A DNA stretch of 62,502 nt, counting the filler. It is 3 parts of 3 records of this genome, joined end to end, with 100 filler letters (N's around TTAATTAATTAA, not from the genome) between each part and the next. Parts side by side here need not be neighbours in the genome. Positions count along the whole stretch, not along the records: positions 1 to 22,381 come from SRR20825019_379; 2 more parts are not named here. One strand, 5' to 3'. Below the pieces are notes generated by a model, which was given only the letters and a program-made list of their open reading frames with translations, made no database searches and was not told the DNA's origin. The position numbers were made by a program, and so were the translations under genes. Numbering within the stretch: the first letter of the stretch is position 1; each line of letters begins with the position of its first letter. Below are positions 1 to 9,488 of this stretch, one piece after another.

Positions 1-306
1 GGAATCCGCACCGAGATCATCGATCAAGTCACGCGTGACCACACTGATGGTCTGGGGCACATCGACAATTTTCTGGGCGGATTTACCACCGATCAACGTG
101 GAAGACGCCACGTAGCCTTGATAGCTGTCAGCGGCGACGCTGAAGGTGGAGAGTTTAACCACTTCATCATCGGTTGCTTTTTCATCAACCTCCTGCGCAT
201 GCGCAGAGTGGTTGCTCAGGGTTACTAACAAAAGAGCGGCCGTAGACGCTCTGACCAGATCACTGACAAATCGGCCGTCAGGCCGGAATTTGCGGTAGGA
301 GTTCAT
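1..306 (-). CDS. TonB-dependent receptor, N-terminal part (runs off window start)
   Basis: Manual translation from ATG at 306: MNSYRKFRPDGRFVSDLVRASTAALLLVTLSNHSAHAQEVDEKATDDEVVKLSTFSVAADSYQGYVASSTLIGGKSAQKIVDVPQTISVVTRDLIDDLGADS. Signal peptide ends AHA, followed by the plug start; closely paralogous to 436..2913. Not in the ORF track. Confidence 0.9.
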   Translation of the reverse strand, partial: MNSYRKFRPDGRFVSDLVRASTAALLLVTLSNHSAHAQEVDEKATDDEVVKLSTFSVAADSYQGYVASSTLIGGKSAQKIVDVPQTISVVTRDLIDDLGADS

Positions 307-400
307 TTTATGTTTAGATCCACAGACAAATGTATGCAGAGCTGAGATCTAAGACGGACTGATTTGAACGATGGCTATGGCCGGATTAAAAATATCCGCG

Positions 401-426
401 AAAAAGTTGCGGCCTATAACGGCCGC
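401..426 (-). terminator. Possible intrinsic terminator or attenuating hairpin between the two TBDR genes
   Basis: Minus strand GCGGCC-GTTATA-GGCCGC followed by AACTTTTT, just after the stop of 436..2913. Confidence 0.35.
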
Positions 427-435
427 GATGATCGA

Positions 436-2913
436 TCACCAGGAATAACGAGCCGAAACCTTAATCCGGCGGCCTTCTTCGCGAAAAACCGTAGATGCCC
501 CATTCATTCGGAAAACGGCATCGTCATCCGTAAGATTGGAAATACCAACGCGATAGCTCATAATTCCGCGACTCACCGGCAGCTGGTAGGAAATAAACAG
601 ATCACCTGTCGTAAATGGATCGGTCGTAAAAAGACGATCATTGGAAATCGTATTCCCCATGTGCTTGAAACCTCCACCAATGCTGAATCGATCCGTAAGA
701 TTGAATTTTGCCCAGAGGTTCCACGTCGTTAGGGGCACGGATACCGCACGCTCTCCCGTCAATTTATCGATAGGGCCGTCGGCATTAAAGTATCCCAGGA
801 TCACGGACAGTTTTTCATTGGTGTAAGTCATCTGAACATCCAGGCCTTTGCTCTCCTGCTCCCCATCCTGGATGAAAAAACCCGTATTGTCCGGATCGCT
901 GCGCCATTTGTTGACCACGTTGATTTTAAAAAGCGCGCCCGTGAATGAGAAGTTTCCACCCCACGCCTCGAATAGATCGAGTTTCACACCCAGTTCCTCG
1001 TTTCTACCGGTCTCCGGGCTCAAACGACTCCCATCCACCCTGAAGATCGCTCCCACCGCGAGAAAGGCTTCGGTCGATCCGGCATAAATCGACATCTGAT
1101 CAATCGGTTTGTAAACGACCCCAAAACGCTTGGTGATCTTCTCATTAATATTCGTGGGGCTGGGATCACCCACATAAACCCCACCGGGGTTCTGATTGCG
1201 GGGCTCGCGCCATACCGTATGGCCAGAACGATTGTCGTAGTTAAATCGCACGGCAGCGGACAAGAGCAGCCTGTCGTCGAAGAATCCGAGGACGTTTTCA
1301 ATCACCGCGCCGCCAAGCCACTCAATATTGTAATAAATGTAGCGGGTCGGATAGATCAGTTCGCTTCGAGCCGGCAGGAGCGACCAGTCCGGATTGGTCG
1401 GATCCATTCGTCGCACGTCCCATGGAGAATACTGGGTCGTATCGAACAATGTGTAAGTATTATCCCAGTGGTCCATACTGAGAGCCCCTACCGCCAGATA
1501 GCTGATTCCCGTATTGCCGATCTCTTCGTTTTGGTAAGCGACCGAAAAATCCACGTAAAAATTCTTCCAATGGTAATCACGCGTGTAAGGGCTGATCAGG
1601 TAATCCTGGGCGACCGTCGTCGAGCTACGCAGATTATTGGCATGCCAATCGATTGAGCCCAGTGCTCCGAAGACATTCATCTTCATGCTCCACTCATCAT
1701 TGAGTTCCGTTTCCCAGACCATCTGCATCGACTGGCCATCCTCAAGGTTATGAAACTCATCGCCGGGACCATTACTGGAAAAATCCCGAACGAGATCGCC
1801 GTTCACATCCAAGGCCGTGGAGCTGTTTCGACTGTCGGTCTCCGTGAATGCAAAACGAACACGGACTCGTGAAGTGTCACTGAAATCATAAGCAAACGAA
1901 GGCGCCACAATCGTCGCTTTCTCATAATCGTAGTTCCAACCGGCCCGGTCATAGGACTGCGAACCCACGACCAAGCGATACTGGAGATTGCCTCCCTCAC
2001 CATACATCCCGCCCACATCGACCATCCCCGAGTAAAGGCCCTCTGTTCCGGCGGAAAATTCGATTTTGTTTGTGTGGTTACGGTTGGCGTATTTCGGCAA
2101 CAGACTCACATAGCCGCCGTAGGCCGCAAAAGCCCCGAATGTCACTGAAGCTGGTCCTTTGATCACTTCGATCGCATCGATGTTAAACGTGGTCAGTCCA
2201 TTGAGTGAACGCATCGTCGCACCATCCACCGCCCAGTTTTGAGCACGAAAACCCCGGATATAAGCGCCGGCAGCTGAGCTACCGTTGGAACTCACATTAC
2301 TCACACCCGGGACGAGTCGCGTGAGCGCATCCGCCGGCGAAGTAGCGCCGATATCATCGATCAAATCCCGGGTCACCACACTGACCGTTTGGGGAACATT
2401 CAGGATTTTCTGAGCCGTCTTGCCCCCAATCAGGGTCGCTGAGGCCACATAACCACGATAGGTATTCGCATCGACACTAAATGCCGAGAGCTGCACTACC
2501 TGATCTTTCGGTTCCGACTTCTTTGGCACTACGGACACCGATTCAGAGGGCACAACACCCTCCAGACGATGCACTAAAATAGCCCCGGATCTTTTATCCC
2601 GCACCGGATACAATACCGTGCCCGACAGCATCAGATCCAAAGCCTCATCGGCTCGATAAAAACCACTGACCGCATTGGTCCTGACTCCGGATACCTTATT
2701 GACCAAATAGATGATCTGCTCTCCCGAAAGATCGATAAACTGTCTCAGAGTGTCCGCAGCATCGTTTTCGGGAATTTCATAGACTCTCTTTTCAGTATTC
2801 ACGTAAGTGAAGCCAGTCGAAGCACCCAAGGCCACGCCGACCAACATGACCACACACCACCGCGTGATCCCTAGGCGGGAGCTGGCAGGATGGGATGGAC
2901 GTAAAAAGGGCAT
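436..2913 (-). CDS. TonB-dependent receptor/transducer with N-terminal signalling (STN-like) extension
   Basis: 825 aa. N-terminal extension (YEIPENDAADTLRQF...VSGFYRADEALDLMLSGT), plug motifs (PQTVSVVTRDLI, IEVIKGPASVTFG), C-terminal aromatic residue (ARYSW). Lies downstream of FecR and ECF genes. Confidence 0.92.
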   Translation of the reverse strand: MPFLRPSHPASSRLGITRWCVVMLVGVALGASTGFTYVNTEKRVYEIPENDAADTLRQFIDLSGEQIIYLVNKVSGVRTNAVSGFYRADEALDLMLSGTVLYPVRDKRSGAILVHRLEGVVPSESVSVVPKKSEPKDQVVQLSAFSVDANTYRGYVASATLIGGKTAQKILNVPQTVSVVTRDLIDDIGATSPADALTRLVPGVSNVSSNGSSAAGAYIRGFRAQNWAVDGATMRSLNGLTTFNIDAIEVIKGPASVTFGAFAAYGGYVSLLPKYANRNHTNKIEFSAGTEGLYSGMVDVGGMYGEGGNLQYRLVVGSQSYDRAGWNYDYEKATIVAPSFAYDFSDTSRVRVRFAFTETDSRNSSTALDVNGDLVRDFSSNGPGDEFHNLEDGQSMQMVWETELNDEWSMKMNVFGALGSIDWHANNLRSSTTVAQDYLISPYTRDYHWKNFYVDFSVAYQNEEIGNTGISYLAVGALSMDHWDNTYTLFDTTQYSPWDVRRMDPTNPDWSLLPARSELIYPTRYIYYNIEWLGGAVIENVLGFFDDRLLLSAAVRFNYDNRSGHTVWREPRNQNPGGVYVGDPSPTNINEKITKRFGVVYKPIDQMSIYAGSTEAFLAVGAIFRVDGSRLSPETGRNEELGVKLDLFEAWGGNFSFTGALFKINVVNKWRSDPDNTGFFIQDGEQESKGLDVQMTYTNEKLSVILGYFNADGPIDKLTGERAVSVPLTTWNLWAKFNLTDRFSIGGGFKHMGNTISNDRLFTTDPFTTGDLFISYQLPVSRGIMSYRVGISNLTDDDAVFRMNGASTVFREEGRRIKVSARYSW

Positions 2914-3033
2914 TAGCGGGGAATTCTAACCTAATCCTAAAACCAGACAAGCCACCGCTCAAAATGTTCGTGGTCAACCTTACATCCAAACGAACCCCTC
3001 GAAAATTCAATCGAGGATGAGGTTGAAGCGAAA

Positions 3034-4098
3034 TCAGCGGGCTTGCTGCAATACGACAACATCAGCCGATGGCCGAGTAACCCGGAAACCTCTGGCCCCA
3101 GCAATCAGGCGGATGAACGCTTCGCTATTATCAGCCTGAAAACTACCTTCGATCAACACGGCAGCCAAGTCGGAGTCGTTAATCTGAATCTGCACCCGAT
3201 TCCGGCGATTAAATTGCTCCACGGCTTCTGCCAACGGAGTCTTGATGAAGACCAAACGATTTCCCTGCCACGAAAGCATATCACGCATCGTATCGGACGA
3301 GAGCCGCTGAACACCCGGCATGGAGGTTCTGTCCTGAAGAGGCACCGAGGCCCAGTCTCCTGCAACCATCGCTGGCCAAGATTCGGTCGGCGCCTGCTGA
3401 TCAAGTTGTCCCTGCAGCTGCACGGTTCCTTCTGTCACCAAAACCTCCACTGCACTCTGATCCATTTTAACATTAAAGGCCGTGCCGACCGCTCTGACAT
3501 CCAAGCCAAAGGCTTCGACCACAAACGGGCGCTCTTTATTTTTCGCTACCGAAAAGTGCACTTCGCCACGGCGTAATTTGATCCGCCGTTCATTCGTGGA
3601 AAATATCAGATCAATTTCACTGTTTTCATTGAGCTCCACGACCGAACCATCGGGTAATGTCGCCCGTTGGTATCCGCCAACCGTTGTCTCGTAATGCGTT
3701 TGCGCAGCAATGACGTTCTGCATTTGAGGTTCCTCCTCAGTCGGCAGCTGGCGATTCCAGGAAAAGAATACCGTCACCGCCAAAGCGGCCGCCGCCGCCG
3801 CCGCCAAAACAGGTTTCCAAGGGAATGGCACCACTTTGGGGTCTTCGGTCGGCGCGAGCAAATCGGGATCGGGATGCAGTCGGGCCTCAGGACGAAATTC
3901 ACGCAGTTGACTCAACGAGTTCCACGCCGACTCCAATCGCGACACCGCGGCCTCATGTCGCGGATCTTCCGCCCGCCACGCGGTAAAATCGCTCTCCTGC
4001 TCTGGGGTGAGCCCGGCATCGCACTCCGCCAGCCAGGCGGCTGCACGTGCTTCGATTGATTCGTGCTTGCTTGCACGAGATGTGGATTCTGAATTCAT
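3034..4098 (-). CDS. FecR-family anti-sigma factor / transmembrane sensor
   Basis: AAAWL...W...DPRH N-terminal motif, one TM helix, LPDGSVVELN, GEVHFSVAKNKERPFVV, VRAVGTAFNV. Confidence 0.95.
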   Translation of the reverse strand: MNSESTSRASKHESIEARAAAWLAECDAGLTPEQESDFTAWRAEDPRHEAAVSRLESAWNSLSQLREFRPEARLHPDPDLLAPTEDPKVVPFPWKPVLAAAAAAALAVTVFFSWNRQLPTEEEPQMQNVIAAQTHYETTVGGYQRATLPDGSVVELNENSEIDLIFSTNERRIKLRRGEVHFSVAKNKERPFVVEAFGLDVRAVGTAFNVKMDQSAVEVLVTEGTVQLQGQLDQQAPTESWPAMVAGDWASVPLQDRTSMPGVQRLSSDTMRDMLSWQGNRLVFIKTPLAEAVEQFNRRNRVQIQINDSDLAAVLIEGSFQADNSEAFIRLIAGARGFRVTRPSADVVVLQQAR

Positions 4099-4099
4099 C

Positions 4100-4651
4100 T
4101 TATTTGCCCTTTACTTGCGTCTGACGCTCAGGGACCACTCCGCGTTCAGAAAAATAATCCGCACAACGCCGCATACCCTTAGCTAACTGAGCTTTCACGG
4201 TATGAGGTGATATGTTGAGTTCGGCGGCAATATCCTTCTGTGGCATTCCATAGAGCAATCTGAGCGTAAGCACCTTACGACAGCGATCCGGCAAAGTGCG
4301 AACCGCTTCCGCAAGTAGATCGAGTTCCTGTTGCTTGCTAACAGTTTCAGGAACACTCGGTCTATCTTCTGTGACGGGCAACGCCTCCAAATCGGCTACC
4401 CCATCTATGGAAACAACTTTGCGACGGCGGAAAAAATCCAGTGCAGCATTCCGGGCAGTCGTAAAGAGAAACGCCTTCACATAGCTAATCCGGCCTTTCT
4501 CCTTCGCCCGAATCAATCGCGCATACGACTCCTGCACGTAGTCGTCGATATCAGGGAGGGTCGGGAATAAATTCCGCAAGTAGGACTTCAGCGAAGCCTC
4601 ATGCGGCTGCACTTCCTCGACAAACCAACGTGTATTTTCAGGGTGTGACAT
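4100..4651 (-). CDS. ECF sigma-70 factor (FecI-like)
   Basis: DIDDYVQESY region 2, AFLFTTARNAALD, region 4 LPDRCRKVLTLR...IAAELNISPHTVKAQL; 1 nt upstream of FecR. Confidence 0.95.
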   Translation of the reverse strand: MSHPENTRWFVEEVQPHEASLKSYLRNLFPTLPDIDDYVQESYARLIRAKEKGRISYVKAFLFTTARNAALDFFRRRKVVSIDGVADLEALPVTEDRPSVPETVSKQQELDLLAEAVRTLPDRCRKVLTLRLLYGMPQKDIAAELNISPHTVKAQLAKGMRRCADYFSERGVVPERQTQVKGK

Positions 4652-4794
4652 ACTTGGGGTAGCTCAATGCACGTTGCATTCCATCCCTCGGGAAAGGGGC
4701 CCCTGTCCAGCAGTAATTACCCGTTTTTTTGATTTATCCCTTTTTTGTAGCCCATTACCCAGACTCAACCGTCTTAATTCTTTCGCCACAACAA

Positions 4795-6300
4795 TCACTC
4801 CCACCATATCGGGCTGGCCCAGGCCGTGTGACCATCTCCCTGAGTGATTCGCGCGTAAACGTAGCCCGTCTTCTCATCCGAAAAATGCGGCGTATAATCC
4901 TCATCAAAACGGAAGGAGAATTCCCGCTCCGGCACCGCCCGGTGAACTTTGAGCGCGGGAGAGGAATAACCGTCGATGGCGCTACCCGCCGAGCTTTGCG
5001 CCAGATCAGTCAAGCGGTGATCGCAGGAAATCGAACCGCACTTGGTCTGCAGCCGTGTTTTCGCATTCCCCTCGATTTCCAAAATGACCGACTGCGTGCC
5101 CGAAGCATTGAAATGCGTGCCGCCCATCAGGCCTGAAGGGTTCGGCACTGTCCGTCCGGTCCAAGTCAACTGTCTCGCGTCCTGCGAGATAATGCGCTCC
5201 GTGGAGCTTTCCTCGGTCATCGGATAAGGACAGTGGCGGAAACAAGGCTGCACGCTGAGCAAGCGACCGCCAATCACCCGATGCTGCACCAGCCATTCGG
5301 TCACGCTGTCGCCCGAGCCCCAGCCACATTCCACTTTTACAACATGACGGCCCGGGGTGAATCGTGAATCGATCACATTACCCGCCAAACGGCGCACGCG
5401 ACTGCCGCTCGCATCGCCTTCGATTAGATCCACCGATTGAATCGAAGCGGTGCCCTCGACTTCGAGACGCAGGCGTGAGCCATCCTTTCGTGAAGCCACG
5501 CCACCCATCACCGCATCCCCAAGTCGGGTTTCCACGCGGATGCGGGCACCCGTTGAAGCGATCGTGCGGCGCTCCTTGAGTGCCTTCCAAAGCGTTTTTT
5601 GATCCAGCTTATCCGCCCACACTCCCACGCGACCGTGGCCGTAATGCCCCGGGTAACCATCGTGGCTATCGGTGCTCGCAATAAACCCAAACCGATGCCC
5701 GGCCTGCAGTCCCGTGCGCACCAGCGATTCCCCGACCCGCGGCCCCATGCTGTGATAATAATCGTAAGGCGCTTCTTCGCCTTCACTCGAACCATGGTTC
5801 GAATAGATCTCGACCAAAGGTGAACGCGTGGCATCGAACTCCGCCCAATTCGTTCCCCGGTGGCCGCGCAGATAACCGCAGTGATGCGGCAACAACATAA
5901 ACTCCTTTTCCCGCCGTCTGATATTGCGGGTCAGCGATTTTAAATCGGGCCCATCCACCAATTTGAGATCAAAATTCGGTGCATAACAGTTGTGATCCCC
6001 AAATTCCCGCGAGTGCCATTCGTAACTGGGTATGGTGACAAACTTGCCGGGCACATTGGCCGCTTCCATCTCCGCCATCAACTGCGGCCAGTAACGTTGT
6101 AACTTGGCAAACCCGCCCAGATGGATCCCGATCCCTTTGCTGTATCGCGACAGGTTCGTCATCATGTCAGGCCAGAACGCGTGACCCGTAATCGTGCAAA
6201 AATCCAGATGCTGTTTTGCGTTGTCCAGCGTCCGGGCGGCCGTGCCACTGCCATAACTCACCGCGCAATGATTGTGTAGATCGCCCCAATATAAATTCAT
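4795..6300 (-). CDS. PHP-fold metallohydrolase (DUF3604/CehA-McbA-like)
   Basis: Likely start MNLYWGDLHNH (ATG at 6300); motifs DLHNH, ITGH, YEW, GDHN, PHH, STDSH; C-terminal YVYARITQGDGHTAWASPIW. Confidence 0.75.
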   Translation of the reverse strand: MNLYWGDLHNHCAVSYGSGTAARTLDNAKQHLDFCTITGHAFWPDMMTNLSRYSKGIGIHLGGFAKLQRYWPQLMAEMEAANVPGKFVTIPSYEWHSREFGDHNCYAPNFDLKLVDGPDLKSLTRNIRRREKEFMLLPHHCGYLRGHRGTNWAEFDATRSPLVEIYSNHGSSEGEEAPYDYYHSMGPRVGESLVRTGLQAGHRFGFIASTDSHDGYPGHYGHGRVGVWADKLDQKTLWKALKERRTIASTGARIRVETRLGDAVMGGVASRKDGSRLRLEVEGTASIQSVDLIEGDASGSRVRRLAGNVIDSRFTPGRHVVKVECGWGSGDSVTEWLVQHRVIGGRLLSVQPCFRHCPYPMTEESSTERIISQDARQLTWTGRTVPNPSGLMGGTHFNASGTQSVILEIEGNAKTRLQTKCGSISCDHRLTDLAQSSAGSAIDGYSSPALKVHRAVPEREFSFRFDEDYTPHFSDEKTGYVYARITQGDGHTAWASPIWWE

Positions 6301-6435
6301 GCCCACGATGACAGATCGTTTTTTCGCCGAGTGCAAACCCGCACCGAATGTCCACCCATGAACATCATTGTCATCCGGCATCCGCACCCCAAGGTTTCCG
6401 CTAACAAACACCCCTCTTAATCTCCCGGCATCCCT

Positions 6436-9258
6436 ATGATTTTTCTTGGTCGTCTTTTTTTTCTCGGTCTCGTGTGCGCCGTTGCCCTCAACGCCACGGT
6501 GCCTCTTCCCGAACTCCCACCCCGCGTCGTCGCGCCGACCGATAAGGCCGAATTCCGGCACCTCGTTCTCGAGAACGGTCTTCGCGTCATCCTCGTTTCA
6601 GATCCGAAGTTCAACAAATCCGCCGCCTCGCTCGTCGTGCCCACCGGACAGATCGACGATCCCTTCGACATGGTTGGGCTCGCCCACTTCACCGAACACA
6701 TGCTGTTTCTCGGCACGGAGAAATATCCCGATGTTGCCGGCTACAGCGCCTTCATTTCCAGCAACGGCGGTAGTCGCAACGCCTACACCGCGAGCGATCA
6801 CACCAACTACCAATTCGAAATTCGCCACGAAGCATTCCCTGAAGCACTCGATCGATTCGCGCAGTTTTTTATCGCTCCTCTCTTCAACGCCGATTTCACC
6901 GCGCGCGAGGTCAATGCCGTTAATAACGAGGCGATGCGTCACGTCCAAAACGACGGACGCCGCATTATGAATGTGCGCCGCGAGCTCTACGATCCCACTG
7001 CCGGCGAGAGTAAATTTTCAACTGGCAACAAAGAGACCCTCGCCCACGCCGACGCCGATGCCGTGCGCGCTTTTTACGAAGCTCACTACTCATCCGAACG
7101 CATGGCGCTGGCACTGACGGGAACCGCCTCGCTCAACGAGCTCGAAAAGCTCGCCCGAGACATTTTTTCCGCCATCCCCAGGCGCGATCTACCCACCGTC
7201 ACGCGCGAGCCGCTCTTTCTGCCCCGCAAGGAGACCCTCCGCATCGCCACGATCGAACCGGTTAAGGAACTTCGGAGTCTTGAACTCGAGTTTGTCGTGC
7301 CCCCGACCCGCCCTGATTTTACAAGCCGCTCCGACGCAATTCTGGTCGCGTTGATTAATTACGCGGGACCCGGCGGTCTCACCCAATACCTTAAGGATGA
7401 AGGTCTGGCGACCGGGGTGGACTCCGGTATCTGGGAACGCACCCCCGGCTACGGTTCATTTTTCCTCGAAGTCGATCTCACGGTTGAAGGTGAAAAAGAA
7501 ACCGACCGGATCATGGAAACCATTTTCGCCTACCTCCAGCACCTGCGCGACGCTCCCTTCCCTACCGCTTTTTTCGAAGATCAGGCGCGCATTGCCGCCC
7601 TCACCGAAACCTACACCGATCGTGGCGAAGGCACCGGTCTCGCCACCGCTCTCGCCAATCAGGCGCTCTTCTACCCTCTCGAAATCGCCGAACGCGCCCC
7701 CTATGTCTGGGGGCAACCCAATGAAGCCTTTTACCGCGAACTTCTCGACGTGCTGACGCCGGACAATCTCCTCGTCACGCTCGCCGCAAAAGGCGTGCCG
7801 ACCGATCGGCAGGAAAAAATCTACGGCACCCAATACGCTTACACCGAAACCAGCGGTGAAGCCTACGAAGCCCTCCTCCATCCCGCACCCATCGAAGAAT
7901 TTTCACTCCCCGGCATCAATCGTTTCATGCCGCGCGCCACCCCGATTCTCGCCGAGCGCCCTTTGCCATTGATCGACGAGCCCGGTTTAAAACTTTTCTA
8001 CGCGGCTGATGTTGAATTCCAACGCCCGCAAACCACGCTGATCTTTCGTTTCGTGCCCCAGCGCAGCATCGCCGGGATGGAAAGCGACCTCCTGCTGCAA
8101 TTTTATGAAGCCTGCTTGCTCGACGCCCTCGAACCCGCCGCCAACGACGCGGCTATCGCCGGCGTCCGGTTCGACCTCTCAGCCAGCCTCGAAGGGCTCA
8201 CCCTAATCGTTACCGGTTTCGGAGAATCACCGGCCAAGTTTGCCGAATATGTGGCCGACCAACTCCTCGATTTCGAAATTTCCAAACAACGCTTCGCCGC
8301 CCTGAAAGAGCGGGTTGTTCGCGGGCTCCGCAGCTACGAACAAACCGAAGCCTACCGGCTCGCCCGGGACCGCGCCAACGCAGTCGCCCGGGAGTTTCTC
8401 TATCTGCCAGACGAGCAACTCACCCGCGCGCCCACGGTCACCTTCGACGAGATCCGCGACTTCGCGGCAAACTTTTTCGCCACCGGCAAAATCGAATCCC
8501 TCATTCACGGTCACACCACGTCTGGGCAGGCGATCGAGATCACCCGTAATTTCGCAAACTACCTCAACGCACAATCGGCTGATGAAGAAACGCTCCTGCG
8601 CCGACACCATCTCGATCTCATCGCCGGATCTCCGGTCATCGATACCGGCAAAATCAAAGGTGCCAACTCAGCCTACTGGTCACTCCATCTGCTGCCCTCC
8701 GACTCACCACGCGATTGGGCGACCTCCGTCGTGCTCGGCAATTTTGTTTCCGAACCTTTCTACACCGAACTGCGCACCAAGCAGCAACTCGGCTATATCG
8801 TCGGTTCGGGCGGAGGCGTCTCCGGACAACAGCTTCAACAAATCTTCGTCATTCAATCGAGCACCCACGCCCCTGATGAACTCCGTGCAAAAGCCGAAGC
8901 CTTCATGCAAACCCTGCCGGGCACACTCGATGAGACATCCGACGAAGCCTTCGCTACCCTGATCGCCGGGGCGCGTTCGCAAATCGAAGAGAAGCCGAAA
9001 AGCATCGCCGAAAAAGCATCCAAGCTTTTCGCCAGTGCCTACGAATTCGGCGGGAATTGGGAACGCCGTGCCGAAATCCTCACGGCGCTTGACCATCTCA
9101 CCAAGGATGATGTTGCCCAGCTCCTCGCCAAGATCATCTCACCCGATTCATCCAAGCGGATCGTCGTGCTCCTCTCCGGCGAGCCACATGATGCCAGCCA
9201 AGCCGAACCCACGCTCACCGAACGAGAAATGTGGAAGTCTAAACAGACCTATCGTTGA
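6436..9258 (+). CDS. Secreted M16A metallopeptidase (insulinase/pitrilysin family)
   Basis: Signal peptide; inverted zinc motif HFTEH (GLAHFTEHMLFLGTEKYP), NAYT, and C-half LRTKQQLGYIV. Confidence 0.95.
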   Translation: MIFLGRLFFLGLVCAVALNATVPLPELPPRVVAPTDKAEFRHLVLENGLRVILVSDPKFNKSAASLVVPTGQIDDPFDMVGLAHFTEHMLFLGTEKYPDVAGYSAFISSNGGSRNAYTASDHTNYQFEIRHEAFPEALDRFAQFFIAPLFNADFTAREVNAVNNEAMRHVQNDGRRIMNVRRELYDPTAGESKFSTGNKETLAHADADAVRAFYEAHYSSERMALALTGTASLNELEKLARDIFSAIPRRDLPTVTREPLFLPRKETLRIATIEPVKELRSLELEFVVPPTRPDFTSRSDAILVALINYAGPGGLTQYLKDEGLATGVDSGIWERTPGYGSFFLEVDLTVEGEKETDRIMETIFAYLQHLRDAPFPTAFFEDQARIAALTETYTDRGEGTGLATALANQALFYPLEIAERAPYVWGQPNEAFYRELLDVLTPDNLLVTLAAKGVPTDRQEKIYGTQYAYTETSGEAYEALLHPAPIEEFSLPGINRFMPRATPILAERPLPLIDEPGLKLFYAADVEFQRPQTTLIFRFVPQRSIAGMESDLLLQFYEACLLDALEPAANDAAIAGVRFDLSASLEGLTLIVTGFGESPAKFAEYVADQLLDFEISKQRFAALKERVVRGLRSYEQTEAYRLARDRANAVAREFLYLPDEQLTRAPTVTFDEIRDFAANFFATGKIESLIHGHTTSGQAIEITRNFANYLNAQSADEETLLRRHHLDLIAGSPVIDTGKIKGANSAYWSLHLLPSDSPRDWATSVVLGNFVSEPFYTELRTKQQLGYIVGSGGGVSGQQLQQIFVIQSSTHAPDELRAKAEAFMQTLPGTLDETSDEAFATLIAGARSQIEEKPKSIAEKASKLFASAYEFGGNWERRAEILTALDHLTKDDVAQLLAKIISPDSSKRIVVLLSGEPHDASQAEPTLTEREMWKSKQTYR

Positions 9259-9312
9259 TCGGTTCTCGGCCAAGCTTTGCGCATTTTAAATAATCACAGA
9301 GCTATCCCGAAT

Positions 9313-9419
9313 TGTCATTCCGTGCCCCCAACGACGGGAAAAGAATCTAGTAGGATCCGCGTTAAAGGAAGAGCTTGACGAACAACTGCCTGGATCCTTC
9401 GCCATGGCTCAGGATGACA
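9313..9419. repeat. REP/RPE-like palindromic element
   Basis: Ends TGTCATTC...GGATGACA with internal GAATCT/GGATCC(TTCG) arms; lies between convergent genes. Confidence 0.6.
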
Positions 9420-9488
9420 GAGGTGTTTCGAGAACGAATCAGATCCGTGTAAACTTAAGGTGCTGTGGAGCAACTCAACACATCGCAA

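Noticed and set aside
6301-6561. Extended start of the 588-aa ORF
   Set aside because: It overlaps the divergent peptidase; the family motif begins at MNLYWGDLH (6300).
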